From the NCBI GenBank assembly GCA_965218435.1, contig CBDCKW010000005.1, positions 256,001-320,000 on the forward strand: DNA of 64,000 nt, read 5' to 3'. A program made the position numbers and the translations under genes. How positions within the stretch are numbered: position 1 is the stretch's first letter; each line of letters starts with the position of its first letter. This DNA is from Truepera sp. GTDB lineage: Bacteria > Deinococcota > Deinococci > Deinococcales > Trueperaceae. The notes beneath the pieces were generated by a model. It made no database searches and was not told the origin of the DNA. It saw only the letters and a list, made by a program, of their open reading frames with translations. This document shows positions 1-10,612 of this stretch, one piece after another.

Positions 1-2
1 TT

Positions 3-401
3 GGGGATCTTCAAGCTGCCATCACTGCCTTTTCACGCCAAGGGGTTAAACACATCATCCTCATTGGGGCGTCCCAAGGTGCTAACCTTACGCTCATCGC
101 TAATAGCCAAGCGCCTGCAAAGGTAGTGGCTACAGTCACCTTATCCGCTGAAGCGCGAGTGCTTGCCTCCGAAGGTGAAGAGTTAGCGCCCTACGCCGCT
201 AAGGTCACCCTTCCGATCCTCATGGTCACGGCAAAGACTGATACGTATGGGTCGGACGAAGCGACACCTCACCTTTACAAGCTGGCTCCCACAAGGGATA
301 AAAAGCTTCTTGTCGTACCGGGGTACGCGCACGGCACCGAATTGTTGAAGGAAACAAAGGTTCAGGCAGCAGTGCTCGACTTCCTTACAAAATACCGCTA
401 G
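3..401 (+). CDS. Alpha/beta hydrolase, C-terminal part (5' end outside window)
   Basis: Frame open from position 3; GASQG nucleophile elbow, D...HG triad residues. Confidence 0.8.
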   Translation, partial: GDLQAAITAFSRQGVKHIILIGASQGANLTLIANSQAPAKVVATVTLSAEARVLASEGEELAPYAAKVTLPILMVTAKTDTYGSDEATPHLYKLAPTRDKKLLVVPGYAHGTELLKETKVQAAVLDFLTKYR

Positions 402-472
402 TTATGCGAGAACCTCGCCATCTCTTTAGGCGTCAAACACCTCAAAGCTAGACGCGTCACAAGGAGGCAATT

Positions 473-1696
473 ATGACCATCCCACGCACGGTTCCAGAGC
501 ATCGTTTCCGAGAGCTGGATGCTCCTAAACATCCTTCAGGGTCATGGTCCGGCAGCACTTTTCGTGTTCTACGTTGGTGGCTCGCTACTAGCTTAGTCAT
601 ATTCATTGTTATGGTCCCTTTCGTTAAAGCGCAAGCTACGGTCGCAGACCAACCGCCGCTGGCGGCCCGGGGGCCCCATTATGTGGGCGTACGAACCCTA
701 AATCTCACGGACGAAAGGCGCGATAGAACCCTGAAAGCCGAGGTCTGGTATCCGACCGACGAGCAGGATGAAGCGACGTTTTATGACGCGATGCTCGGCC
801 CCACACCCGCAAAGCTGCCAGGCCGCGCCAAACGGGACGCTAAGCCTACAACCAAGACATTTCCGCTGATCATCGTGTCGCACGGGCAACCGGGGACCCG
901 TTACCAGCTCGCCTATTTAGGGGAACACTTGGCCTCCTACGGCTTCGTGGTCGCCAACTTAGAGCACACCGGCTCGACCTATCAGGACACCACGGACGCC
1001 GATTACGTCACCAGTCTTGTCTACCGGCCCGAGGATATTCTCTTCGCGATAGCTGAACTGCCCAACTTCATCGCCAACACCGATAACAGCAACGTCGGCT
1101 TGGTGGGCTACAGCTATGGTGGTTATAGCGCCGTCAACGCTGCCGGTGTGCCGCTGGATAAAGCTGCCCTGACCGAGTATTGCCAGAAGACGAACGATGA
1201 AGGCCCCTGCTTTGTCTTAGGTGATTTTTACAGGCTCGAGGCGGCTCGGGGTGCAACTATCAAGGCTGACCCACGGATTAAAGCGATCTTCGTCATGGCT
1301 CCTTACGGTGAACCGTGGCTCGGCGCAAAGTCCTTGGCCAAGCTCAAGGTGCCACTCTTTGTCGCTGCCGGGGACAAAGATGACGTGGCGGTCTACGCGC
1401 AAAATGGGCTCGAGTATTTCCGCCGTGCCGGGTCGGTGAACAAATATCTACTGACCTTAGCGGGAGCCCAACATAATCCCTACGCCGAATGTCCCGAGTC
1501 GGTACGCGGTGTTGAGAACTGCTTTGACCCGGTTTGGGAGCCAGACCAGGCGCACGCCCTGATCGAGCACTTTGCCACGGCGTTCTTTGGGACGGTTTTG
1601 CAAGGTGATGACGCGGACAGGCAGTATCTCAAGCCCGACTTACCCGGCTTGAACCAGGTGGTGATGCCGGGGGTGACGCTCGAGGTGAGGAGGTGA
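473..1696 (+). CDS. Secreted alpha/beta hydrolase (PAF-acetylhydrolase/dienelactone hydrolase-like)
   Basis: AAGGAGG RBS; hydrophobic N-terminal segment, SHG, GYSYGG, GDKDDV, AQHN. Confidence 0.85.
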   Translation: MTIPRTVPEHRFRELDAPKHPSGSWSGSTFRVLRWWLATSLVIFIVMVPFVKAQATVADQPPLAARGPHYVGVRTLNLTDERRDRTLKAEVWYPTDEQDEATFYDAMLGPTPAKLPGRAKRDAKPTTKTFPLIIVSHGQPGTRYQLAYLGEHLASYGFVVANLEHTGSTYQDTTDADYVTSLVYRPEDILFAIAELPNFIANTDNSNVGLVGYSYGGYSAVNAAGVPLDKAALTEYCQKTNDEGPCFVLGDFYRLEAARGATIKADPRIKAIFVMAPYGEPWLGAKSLAKLKVPLFVAAGDKDDVAVYAQNGLEYFRRAGSVNKYLLTLAGAQHNPYAECPESVRGVENCFDPVWEPDQAHALIEHFATAFFGTVLQGDDADRQYLKPDLPGLNQVVMPGVTLEVRR

Positions 1697-1940
1697 TGCC
1701 CGTCTGAAGCTACCGTGCTTGAGTCGTACCCCACGGCTGATGTCGCTTAAAGAAGGGAGGTCGAGGTCATAGACATAAAGCCGGTTACTTTATGGACCGT
1801 CTTAGAAGCACCCCCATAGGAATCTCATCGGACGAATGTCTGACAATTAGGAATTAGCCCGCCTATCGTCAAGGCTGCGCCGTTCATGCTGAGGCCCAGA
1901 TCGAGTGGTTCAAACGGCAACGATAAGGAGGATAAGAAAT

Positions 1941-2099
1941 ATGGCGACGTATACAGTTGACGTGTTCACAACCCTGGACGGCTTCGGCTCGGGGCCGGTG
2001 GCGTACTGGGGCAAGGAAGGCCCGGAGTTGCTCGAGCAGCGGGCGTGAACCTACGGCGAGAAAGATCAGACGCTGGTGTTCGGGGCGAACACCTACCGC
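1941..2099 (+). pseudogene. DHFR/RibD-C family N-terminal remnant
   Basis: Reads MATYTVDVFTTLDGFGSG...YWGKEGPELLEQRA*...LVFGANTYR, paralogous to 5359..5934; in-frame TGA, then truncated. Confidence 0.8.
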
Positions 2100-2538
2100 A
2101 GCTCTGCTGTCGCATGCAGGTTCCTGTGTCGCTGACACAACGGCTCTAACCACGTGGAAGCTGACCGCATAGAAGGCGCTAAAGGGTGCGCGCCAGACTC
2201 GGCGGCGAAAAACTGGATAGCGTGACCAAATGGTAACGTGGGGTATCAACTGAAAAGCGGCACTAATAGACCGTGGACGGAGCAATGCGCAATGTCCACG
2301 GTCTTCCATTTTGGGAAGGGCTTATGCGGTCATTGGGTTGTAACGCTGCACTTGGCGTGGGCCACGCTTAGCAAGAATGCGAGCCAGCGGTTTGCTCCTT
2401 AGCAGAGCTCGATAGCCAGCTCCCGCCGTTGATGTGCCAACGGCGTCGGAACGTCTGTTTAACTCGATGTCGCAACTAGAACCGCTCTTCAACATCCCTC
2501 TAGCAGGACTCTGATGACCATAACACCAATACCGAACT

Positions 2539-2575
2539 ATATTCCTTGACACGAATATTTTTCATAAGATATATT
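2539..2575 (+). promoter_or_regulatory. ArsR operator overlapping a sigma70-type promoter
   Basis: ATATTC-N8-GAATAT (2539-2558) spans TTGACA (2546-2551); TATATT at 2570-2575. Confidence 0.65.
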
Positions 2576-2604
2576 CGGCATGTAGGAGGACAAGAGATGA
2601 CGAG

Positions 2605-2970
2605 GTGAACCGCGTGCTAGGAGAAAACTCAGCAATGCACGAGACGGCACTCAGTGCTCTAGCCGAACCCAACCGCCTGCGGATCGTCGAACTCTTACGC
2701 GACGGCCCCCTGAGCGTAGGCGAGATCGCGGAACGGAGCGGGCTCCGCCAGCCCCAAACCTCGAAGCACCTTAAGGTCCTCGGCAGCCACGGGATCGTCG
2801 AGGTGCAAGCCGACGGCAACCGCCGAATCTACCATCTCCGGCCCGAGCCGTTCCTTTCACTTGGTGCTTGGCTAGAGTCCTTCGAGTACGTTATGCAAGA
2901 ACGGTTCGACAAGCTGGACGACTACCTGAAGGAACTTCAGCGCCGCGATAAGCAGGGTCATGAGAGTTAA
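2605..2970 (+). CDS. ArsR/SmtB family transcriptional regulator (start possibly 2635)
   Basis: ALAEPNRLRIVELL...SKHLKVL wHTH. Confidence 0.9.
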   Translation: MNRVLGENSAMHETALSALAEPNRLRIVELLRDGPLSVGEIAERSGLRQPQTSKHLKVLGSHGIVEVQADGNRRIYHLRPEPFLSLGAWLESFEYVMQERFDKLDDYLKELQRRDKQGHES

Positions 2971-2985
2971 CGAGGAGAACTACCG

Positions 2986-3498
2986 ATGCCCAACGACAAA
3001 ACCGTCTCGCGCGTAGAGAACGGCAAGGTGCTTGTACTCGAGCGCGTTTTCGACGCACCGCGTGAGCTTGTGTTCACGATATTTAAGGAGCCCGAGCACC
3101 TCAAGCACTGGTGGGGACCGAGAGGCTGGGAGCTGACCGTGTGCACCGTCGACTTCCGGCCCGGCGGCGTATGGCACTACTGCATGAAGTGCGTTGACAA
3201 AAGTCAAGGCGCGCTCTACGGCACGGAAGCGTGGGGCAAGGCTTTATACCGGGCTATCGACGAGCCGGAAACGATCGCCTACACTGACTACTTCTCTGAC
3301 GCGGAAGGCAATGAGGACGAGGCGCTGCCAGCCGCCGAGGTCACGATGGTGTTCACCGATCTGGGTGGCCAGACGAGGTTGGTCAGCCGCTGGGCGTACA
3401 GCTCCGCCGAGGACCTCAAGCGCGTCATGGACAGGGGTACGTTGCAGGGTCTCATCGAGATGTGGGACCGGCTCGCAGAGCGGCTCGGGGTTCGTTGA
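2986..3498 (+). CDS. SRPBCC/AHSA1 domain protein
   Basis: LERVFDAPRELVF...WWGP...DFRPGG. Confidence 0.9.
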   Translation: MPNDKTVSRVENGKVLVLERVFDAPRELVFTIFKEPEHLKHWWGPRGWELTVCTVDFRPGGVWHYCMKCVDKSQGALYGTEAWGKALYRAIDEPETIAYTDYFSDAEGNEDEALPAAEVTMVFTDLGGQTRLVSRWAYSSAEDLKRVMDRGTLQGLIEMWDRLAERLGVR

Positions 3499-3768
3499 CT
3501 CGTCGGTGCTCGTCGGGCGCGTGCAGCAGCTCGTCTACGTCCCAACCGTCCGCTGAGCGCGATCAGCTCACGACACACCGGGTTGAGCCCACAGGCGTTT
3601 ACCAACTAGCCCATTGCTGCCAAGCCACCAAACTCGATGAGCTCACATCGCTTAAAGGAGGCACGCCATGCTCAGGACTACCTCGAACGTTGCTCATCGC
3701 CCGACCGCTGTACAGGCGCGAACTATGTGGCACGACCCGTCCGATACCTTGGTCAAGCCGGGTGCGCG

Positions 3769-5202
3769 ATGAGCGGGCGGACGCGGGGCGCGCACCCGTG
3801 GCTGGCGCTGGCGGTCCTGGCGCTGCCGACGCTGCTGTTGTCGGTCGATGTGAGCGTGCTCTACTTGGCGCTGCCGTCGATCTCGCGGTCGCTGCACGCC
3901 TCGCCGGTGGAGCAGTTGTGGATCCTCGACATCTACTCCTTCGTGCTCGCCGGGTTCCTCGTGCCGATGGGGTCGCTCGGCGACCGGATCGGTCACCGGC
4001 GGCTCTTACTGATCGGCGCAGCCGCTTTCGGAATCATATCGGTTGGGGCGGCGTTCGCGCCATCGGCACCACTGCTGATCGTCGCGCGGGCCGCTCTGGG
4101 CGTGGCCGGTGCAACGCTCGGTCCGACCACGCTGGGACTGCTCCGCACGTTGTTCCCCGATGAGAAGCAGTTCGGCCGCGCGCTCGGAGTGTGGTTTACC
4201 TCCTTCCTGGGCGGCGCGCTGGTCGGCCCGCTCGTCGGTGGCGTTGTACTGCAGGTGGCGTGGTGGGGCGGCGCGTTTCTGCTCGGGGTGCCCGTGATGG
4301 CCCTCCTGCTCGTTCTCGTGCCCGTGCTGCTGCCGCCGCCAGCATCAACAGGCCGTGGCCGGATCGATGTCGGCAGCACCGCGATCGCACTCGGCGCGGT
4401 ACTGCCGACGATCTGGGGTATCAAGGAACTCGCCCGCGGCGGCGTGACCCTCGCCGCGCTCATCGCCATCGTGGTCGGGCTGGCAGCTGGTGCCCTATTT
4501 ATCCGGCGACAGCTGCGGTTGCCGGAACCGATGCTGGACCTGCGACTGTTCACCGCCCCCGTGGTCGCGTACGGGCTTGGGGCAAACCTGCTCACCGGTG
4601 TCGTCATGGCGGGGTCGTCCCTCCTCGCATCGCTGTACCTTCAGACGGTGGCCGAGCCGTCGCCACTCCAGACGGCATGGTGGCTGGTTCCGCAGACCGT
4701 CGCGATGATCATCGGATTCCAGGTCGCACCGATAGTAACGAAGCGGCTGCCGGCTCTGGTGGTCGTGGCGATCGGCTTCGGACTGGCCAGCGTCGGGCTG
4801 GGTCTGCTCGGCACGGTGACGCCGGGCAGCGGGCCGGTCCTAGTCGCCGGTGCGTTGACGATCGCCTCGTTCGGCATCGCCGGGCCGATAACGGTGCTGC
4901 AGACCCTCATCATGACCGCCGCGCCGGCAGAACAAGCGGGCTCTGCGGCGGGGGCCAACGAGACCTCGGGCGAGTTCGGCATCGCGCTCGGCATCGCCCT
5001 GCTCGGCTCCCTCGCGGCCGCAGTGACCGCCCGCGCCGTCGCCAACGGCCGTGGTGCCGCACCCGCCTTCACGGCCGGCTACGCGGTCGCAGAACTCGTC
5101 GCCGCCGGAGTCTTCGTCGCCCTTGCCGTCGGTGCGTTGCTCGTCGCCCGTCGCGCCGCTCGATCGGCCAACTTAAGTACGGATGCAGCGCCCGCCGAGT
5201 AG
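3769..5202 (+). CDS. MFS drug:H+ antiporter (DHA2/QacA-like)
   Basis: Many TM segments, GSLGDRIGHRR motif A, WILDIYS; markedly higher GC than neighbours. Confidence 0.9.
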   Translation: MSGRTRGAHPWLALAVLALPTLLLSVDVSVLYLALPSISRSLHASPVEQLWILDIYSFVLAGFLVPMGSLGDRIGHRRLLLIGAAAFGIISVGAAFAPSAPLLIVARAALGVAGATLGPTTLGLLRTLFPDEKQFGRALGVWFTSFLGGALVGPLVGGVVLQVAWWGGAFLLGVPVMALLLVLVPVLLPPPASTGRGRIDVGSTAIALGAVLPTIWGIKELARGGVTLAALIAIVVGLAAGALFIRRQLRLPEPMLDLRLFTAPVVAYGLGANLLTGVVMAGSSLLASLYLQTVAEPSPLQTAWWLVPQTVAMIIGFQVAPIVTKRLPALVVVAIGFGLASVGLGLLGTVTPGSGPVLVAGALTIASFGIAGPITVLQTLIMTAAPAEQAGSAAGANETSGEFGIALGIALLGSLAAAVTARAVANGRGAAPAFTAGYAVAELVAAGVFVALAVGALLVARRAARSANLSTDAAPAE

Positions 5203-5358
5203 ATCGCGGTCGACCGCTGAGCAGCGCCGCGGGGCGGCACCGCCGAGGATCACGCCCGGTGTCGGCACGCCAACGTTTTAAGGCCAACGACACCACACTA
5301 AGGAGGAAAGAACCGCGCCTATGAAACGGACGACCACGAACCCCTTAAGGAGGACGAC

Positions 5359-5934
5359 ATGACCGCTACCTACACCTTCGACATCTTCTCCACCCTCGAC
5401 GGCTACGGCTCCTATAGCGATGACGGCGACTGGGGCGGCTACTGGGGTAAGCAAGGCCCCGAGTTCCTCAACCACCGCCTCGCCGTGGTCAGCGAGGAGC
5501 AGCGGATGGTCCTCGGGGCCAACACCTTTCGGCAGTTCCTGCAGCTGCTGGGCTCGATCGATGAGTCCGAGCTTGACCCAGTGAACGCCCGGGTGAGGAG
5601 CATGCCAACAACGGTGGTGTCGACGACACTCGCAAGACCCTTCGAATGGCCGGATGTGACTGTCGCGAGTGGCGACGCCGTAGACGTCGTAGCCCGGCTC
5701 AAGGCGGAGTCCGAGATACCGCTGCGCTCCCACGGCAGCCTGTCGCTGAACCGGGCACTGATGGCCGCGGGCCTGGTCGACCGCGTCCAAGTGACAATCT
5801 TTCCGGTCATCAGCGGTCAGACCGGGATAGAACCGGTCTTCCAGGGTGCAGCCGACTTCGACCTGGAGTTGCTCGAGCATCGGACCCTCGACGGCCACAT
5901 CCAAGAGCTCATCTACCGACCCAACCTCCATTGA
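5359..5934 (+). CDS. DHFR/RibD C-terminal domain protein
   Basis: AGGAGG RBS; STLDGY, LGANTF, GLVD...FPVISG. Confidence 0.9.
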   Translation: MTATYTFDIFSTLDGYGSYSDDGDWGGYWGKQGPEFLNHRLAVVSEEQRMVLGANTFRQFLQLLGSIDESELDPVNARVRSMPTTVVSTTLARPFEWPDVTVASGDAVDVVARLKAESEIPLRSHGSLSLNRALMAAGLVDRVQVTIFPVISGQTGIEPVFQGAADFDLELLEHRTLDGHIQELIYRPNLH

Positions 5935-6041
5935 CACTGAGTTCGAAGCTGAGCGCGATGCGGCCCGATCCGTGGGAAGCTGCTCCAGACGATACCTACA
6001 ATGTCCTGTTTCACTCCCTAGCTATACGAAAGGTGAGGATC

Positions 6042-6649
6042 ATGCGCAAGCTCATCGTTTCCATCCATAGTACAGCCAACGACATCGTCACTGGGCTTCC
6101 ATCTGGTGATGAAACCGACTTGTACTGGGCCGGTCCCGGCATTGAAGATTCACTTGACACATTCTGGACGTCTCTGGCTGGCGTCAACACCATCCTGCTA
6201 GGACGCGCTACCTACGAAGACCTGGTGAGACGGTGGCCGAAGGTTAAAGAATGGTCTGATGTGTCTGAGGTTACCTTACGCATCGCAGAAAAGATCAACA
6301 CGACCCGAAAGTTGTGGTAACCGGCAAACATCCTCTTGAAAGCCTCGAGTGGGACGAGTTCGAGCCGCCGACACAACTCACCGGCACCAACATTCAAGAG
6401 CAGGTCAAAGCGTTGAAGGAGGCAGACGGTGGCAACATTATTACGTTTGGCAGCCCCACACTTATGCAGTCTCTTATAAATGCGGCGCTCATTGACGAGT
6501 ATTGGATACTTATCCATCCCGTTATCGTGAACGAGGGCAAGCGCCTGTTCGACAATTTAGATGGCCGTACGGATTTTCGGCTCACCAGTGTAGAAACGTT
6601 TGAACACGGCGCGATTTTGGTCAAATACGCACTACTGGAGGCCAGTTAG
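6042..6649 (+). pseudogene. DHFR/RibD-C family protein, frameshifted near 6310
   Basis: MRKLIVS...LLGRATYE in one frame; GSPTL...LIDEY...HPVIVNEGKRLF in the next. Confidence 0.85.
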
Positions 6650-6787
6650 TCCTCCAGTAGCGTCAGGGGCTTGGTCGCGTAATAACCGAAGCTCAGCGCG
6701 CGCGTATCTAATGTTCGCCACTGAGTGGGTCACACGGGCTCAAGCTCGTATAGCGGTCTCAAAATTCGCAAATGAGAGGAAGAAACT

Positions 6788-7390
6788 ATGGGCAAGACGA
6801 TCATGAACGTAGCGGCGGTGTCGCTGGACGGCTTCATCGCCGACGACAACGACGGGATCAACCCGTTATTCGACTGGTTAAGCAACGGCGACGTCACCTG
6901 GAGGTTCGGGGGCACCGAGCGCGAGTTGCGGACCACCCAGGCCTCGGCCGACTTCATGCAGAGCCACTACCAAGACGTGGCGGCGGCGATCATTGGGCGG
7001 CAGCTGTTCGACCTGACCAACGGTTGGAACGGCAAGATCGACTGCCCTGGAGAACACGTCTTCGTTGTCACCCATCAGCCGCCGACGGATTGGGAGTACG
7101 CCGACACCGCGCCGTTCACCTTTGTCGACGGTGTCGAGAAGGCGTTTGCTGCTGCCAAGGCGTTCGCTGGCGACCGGGACGTCTACGTCTTCTCCGGCCA
7201 GATTGGCAGTCAGGCGCTTAAGCTCGGTCTGATCGACCAAATAGTTGTCAATCAAGTCCCGGTAGTTATGGGTTCCGGTCGTCCGTTCTTCGCTATCGGA
7301 AGCCTGACCGAGCCGCTGCGGTTGGAAAACCCGACGACGGTTGTGCAAGGCGACCGAGTCGTCCACTTGGTCTACGATGTCAGCCGGTGA
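6788..7390 (+). CDS. DHFR/RibD C-terminal domain protein
   Basis: VSLDGFIAD, IGRQLFD, GLID...PVVMGSGRPFF. Confidence 0.9.
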   Translation: MGKTIMNVAAVSLDGFIADDNDGINPLFDWLSNGDVTWRFGGTERELRTTQASADFMQSHYQDVAAAIIGRQLFDLTNGWNGKIDCPGEHVFVVTHQPPTDWEYADTAPFTFVDGVEKAFAAAKAFAGDRDVYVFSGQIGSQALKLGLIDQIVVNQVPVVMGSGRPFFAIGSLTEPLRLENPTTVVQGDRVVHLVYDVSR

Positions 7391-7424
7391 GGTCCGTAAT
7401 AGAACACCTATAAAGGGAGCGTTT

Positions 7425-7889
7425 ATGAACCAAGATTCAATGCAAGAGGCGTCCATACCCAACCCGGCCCTGCAACCGTTTAGCGTGTTGATCGGGACCT
7501 GGACTACAACTGGGACACACGGCCTTGTCCCAGACACCACCCTCCACGGTCGTACCTCGTTCGAGTGGCTGGAGGGTGGGGCATTTTTGATGATGCGCTC
7601 GGAGATCGATGACCCCCGTTTCCCTACCGGTATCGCGATTCTTGCGAGCGACGACTCCGAAGGAGAATATTACATGCTCACCTTCGATGAGCGCGGTGTT
7701 TCCCGAAAGTATGAAATGACGCTGCGCGACAACCTCTGGAAATGGTGGAGATACACACCGGGCTTTTCCCAACGCTACGAATTCTTGATTGTCGATGACG
7801 GCAACACGATCATTGGGAAAGGAGAGTTGTCCAAAGACGGGAAAACTTGGGAGAAGGACCTCGACTTAACCTATACGCGTGTCGAATAA
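7425..7889 (+). CDS. DUF1579-like beta-rich protein
   Basis: LIGTW...FEWLEGGAFL...FDERGVSR...LTYTR; RBS before ATG 7425. Confidence 0.75.
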   Translation: MNQDSMQEASIPNPALQPFSVLIGTWTTTGTHGLVPDTTLHGRTSFEWLEGGAFLMMRSEIDDPRFPTGIAILASDDSEGEYYMLTFDERGVSRKYEMTLRDNLWKWWRYTPGFSQRYEFLIVDDGNTIIGKGELSKDGKTWEKDLDLTYTRVE

Positions 7890-7958
7890 ACCGCACATGG
7901 AGGAAGTATATGCCTGAGCTTGTTTGCGAACTGATCATCACTTTTTAAGGAGTTCATC

Positions 7959-8297
7959 ATGCCAAGTATCGAAGCCGACAACAGCGTCGTTACACACATC
8001 AACGTGTTCACCGTTCCACGCGAAAAACAGCAACTGCTCATCGACTCGCTCGTAGAAACCGTTAACGCAGCGAAAACTGTACCTGGCTGGCTCTCTGCCA
8101 GCATTCACCGAAGTTTCGACGGAACGCAGGTTGTGAACTACGTGCAGTTTGAAAGCCATGAAGCTGCCCAATCGGTGTTAAGGCATCTCGCCGCGGGTGG
8201 TTATCTAAAACGCAATACCGAACTCGGCAGCGTTGCGGGAGGACACTACGAAGTGGTCTATACCCTCGAACAAGAAAAGGAGCACGAGGACGGATGA
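7959..8297 (+). CDS. Antibiotic biosynthesis monooxygenase (ABM) family protein
   Basis: INVFTV...PGWLSASIHRSFDGTQVVNYVQFES. Confidence 0.85.
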   Translation: MPSIEADNSVVTHINVFTVPREKQQLLIDSLVETVNAAKTVPGWLSASIHRSFDGTQVVNYVQFESHEAAQSVLRHLAAGGYLKRNTELGSVAGGHYEVVYTLEQEKEHEDG

Positions 8298-8432
8298 AGC
8301 CAGTGCTGGATTGCCCTAACTTGGTTGACAAAGATTGTGCGAAAGCCGCCCCTGATGTCCTTCGGCTTCCTAGTAAGCAGATTAGGTGAGCGGCGAGACA
8401 GATTGTCAGTATTGCTCTGATCTGAGGAGATT

Positions 8433-9281
8433 ATGATGGTATCAAAACAGTCTTCACTACCCCAAGTGCAAACCCTGGTGTCCGGTCTGGCGATGGGGGA
8501 GTCGCCACGTTGGCACGAGGACCGTCTTTGGTTCTCGGACTGGGGAGCCCAAGAAATCATTGCTGTTAATCTTGATGGTGACCGTGAGGTCGCAGTCCGG
8601 ACCTCGTTCGGTCTTCCTTTCTGCATTGATTGGCTGCTCGATGGACCTCTGCTCATTGTTTCAGGGCGAGAGGGACTTCTCCTTCGCAGGGAGGCTGACG
8701 GGACGCTGGTGAACCATGCTGACCTGCGTGACCTCTCGAGTAGCGGCTGGAACGAGATTGTTGTGGACGGTCGCGGCAACATCTATGTCAATGGTGGCCC
8801 GGGCATCATCGTACTTGTCTGTCCCGATGGCGCGGTTCAACAGGTGGCCGATGGCATCGACTTCCCTAATGGTATGGTCGTGACACCCGATAATACAACC
8901 TTGATCATTGCTGAGTCTCATGGCAGGCGGCTTACAGCTTTCGACATCGCTACGGACGGAAGCCTGTCGAACCGGCGTGTGTGGGCTAATCTCGGCGACG
9001 GCGTCCCTGACGGCATCTGCATCGATGCCGACCACGCCGTCTGGTACGCGGACGTCCCCAATAAGCGTTGTGTGCGCGTCCGTGAAGGGGGCGGGGTGTT
9101 ACAGACGATCAACCTTGACCGAGGTTGCTTCGCTTGTATGCTCGGGGGCGTAGATAACAGAACGTTGTTCCTGATAGCGACCGAGTGGCGTGGCATGGAA
9201 AACATTCCCGAGGTTATACGCGCGCGAACAGGACAGGTTTTGACCATCGAGGCACTGGCACCGGGCGTCGGATGGCCGTAG
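8433..9281 (+). CDS. SMP-30/gluconolactonase/LRE family beta-propeller
   Basis: GESPRW, FPNGM, PDGICID motifs. Confidence 0.9.
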   Translation: MMVSKQSSLPQVQTLVSGLAMGESPRWHEDRLWFSDWGAQEIIAVNLDGDREVAVRTSFGLPFCIDWLLDGPLLIVSGREGLLLRREADGTLVNHADLRDLSSSGWNEIVVDGRGNIYVNGGPGIIVLVCPDGAVQQVADGIDFPNGMVVTPDNTTLIIAESHGRRLTAFDIATDGSLSNRRVWANLGDGVPDGICIDADHAVWYADVPNKRCVRVREGGGVLQTINLDRGCFACMLGGVDNRTLFLIATEWRGMENIPEVIRARTGQVLTIEALAPGVGWP

Positions 9282-9355
9282 AAGAGTGTCTCATAGGGTC
9301 TCCCGGCGCGATAGACCACATTATTATTCACCTATCACCAAAGTGTAGAGGAGCA

Positions 9356-9530
9356 ATGATGGAGACAGTCGACCTATACACTGATGACGGCGGAACAGAG
9401 AGCTTGCTGCCGGTCGTCTTCTTACATTCGACTGCAGGTAACGCGTCGCAGTGGTCCGCGCAGCTCGAGCACCTGCGCCCGCAGCGGCGCGGTTGCTCTG
9501 GAATGGCGCGGTCATGGTTGCTCCGAGACA
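9356..9530 (+). pseudogene. Alpha/beta hydrolase N-terminal remnant
   Basis: PVVFLHS..GNASQW, frameshift, then WRGHG.S; truncated. Confidence 0.65.
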
Positions 9531-9711
9531 CCCACGATTTTCTTTGACAGGGCGTTCGTTGACCCTACCGTATATGTATCACCCAGGGCAGAGAAGGTTT
9601 CCGCTGGCCTCGAAACACCTACTTAGGTTATGTGCTACCTTATATTTTAAGGTATTTACCGAAGCTTTGAAGGACAAACCATGGTGCAAAACGAAGGGAT
9701 GGTCACGATTT

Positions 9712-10011
9712 GTGTACGGACTTATCGGGAAGATAACAGCTGTTTCAGGACGACGTGATGACTTGATTTCAGTACTGAATAAAGGCATCGAGGCGATGCC
9801 AGGGTGTTTAAGCTACATCATTGCGAAAGACCCTGCAGATGACAAAATCCTGTGGATCACCGAGGTTTGGGAGAGCGAGCAGAGTCACCAAGCGTCGCTA
9901 GCTTTACCCTCGGTACGGCAAGCTATAGAACAGGGAAGGCCACTTATTGCTCATTTCGGCAGTTCCACTGTGACCGAGCCCGTTGTCGGACACGGATTGA
10001 CACGTGCCTGA
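9712..10011 (+). CDS. ABM family (putative quinol monooxygenase)
   Basis: YGLIGKI...MPGCLSY...ITEVWES...HQASL; GTG start inferred. Confidence 0.85.
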   Translation: MYGLIGKITAVSGRRDDLISVLNKGIEAMPGCLSYIIAKDPADDKILWITEVWESEQSHQASLALPSVRQAIEQGRPLIAHFGSSTVTEPVVGHGLTRA

Positions 10012-10095
10012 CATCGATGAGAAGCGCATCCACTCGTTCCGAACGGCAGCTGAGTTTAACCGCTGGCTCGAGGAGCATCACGCTGAGGGCAGCGC
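10004..10095 (+). pseudogene. YdeI/OmpD-associated family N-terminal remnant
   Basis: SFRTAAEFNRWLEEHH then loses similarity. Confidence 0.55.
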
Positions 10096-10191
10096 CAAAA
10101 ATGAACAAATTCCTGTAGAAGCGTCGGGCGGCTTTGTACCGCTTGGCCACGGCAAGGAGAGTACAAGTCGCGTGAGTGAAAGGAGTTCACA

Positions 10192-10557
10192 GTGAAGCAC
10201 GCCCGCATCAGTGCCTACTTGTTGCTCGTCACCGGTAGCCTGCACACCCTTATCGGATTCGTCGACGGCTACCCGCAGCTCGCGGCCATGGCCCGTGACG
10301 GGCTCTTTAACACGGTCACCACATCGCCTGAACGCGAAGCGATCTTTTGGTTTCTAGTCACTGGCGTCGCGCTCATTCTTACTGGCTTACTGGCACTCGG
10401 CTTCGAGCGCCCGCTCCCCGCCTCGTTCGGCTGGGGACTCCTAGCCCTCAGCGTGGTGGGAACCGTCCTCTTGGGTCCTTCGGGGTTTTTGCTGGTGATT
10501 CCGCAAGCTGTATATATCCTCGTCGTGTCACGCCGCACCGTTCAAAGAGCACTTTAG
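10192..10557 (+). CDS. Small membrane protein (DUF6463-like)
   Basis: LHT..G...AIFWFLVTG...PSGF; four hydrophobic segments. Confidence 0.65.
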   Translation: MKHARISAYLLLVTGSLHTLIGFVDGYPQLAAMARDGLFNTVTTSPEREAIFWFLVTGVALILTGLLALGFERPLPASFGWGLLALSVVGTVLLGPSGFLLVIPQAVYILVVSRRTVQRAL

Positions 10558-10612
10558 GTCAGCTTCCGTAGGGTGCCGTTGGCCCTTAACCGATGAAAGG
10601 ATACATGAATAA

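Noticed and set aside
3462..5324. Long alternative-frame ORFs over the MFS gene (233, 377 and 204 aa)
   Set aside because: Arg/Gly/Ala-rich shadow frames typical of high-GC DNA
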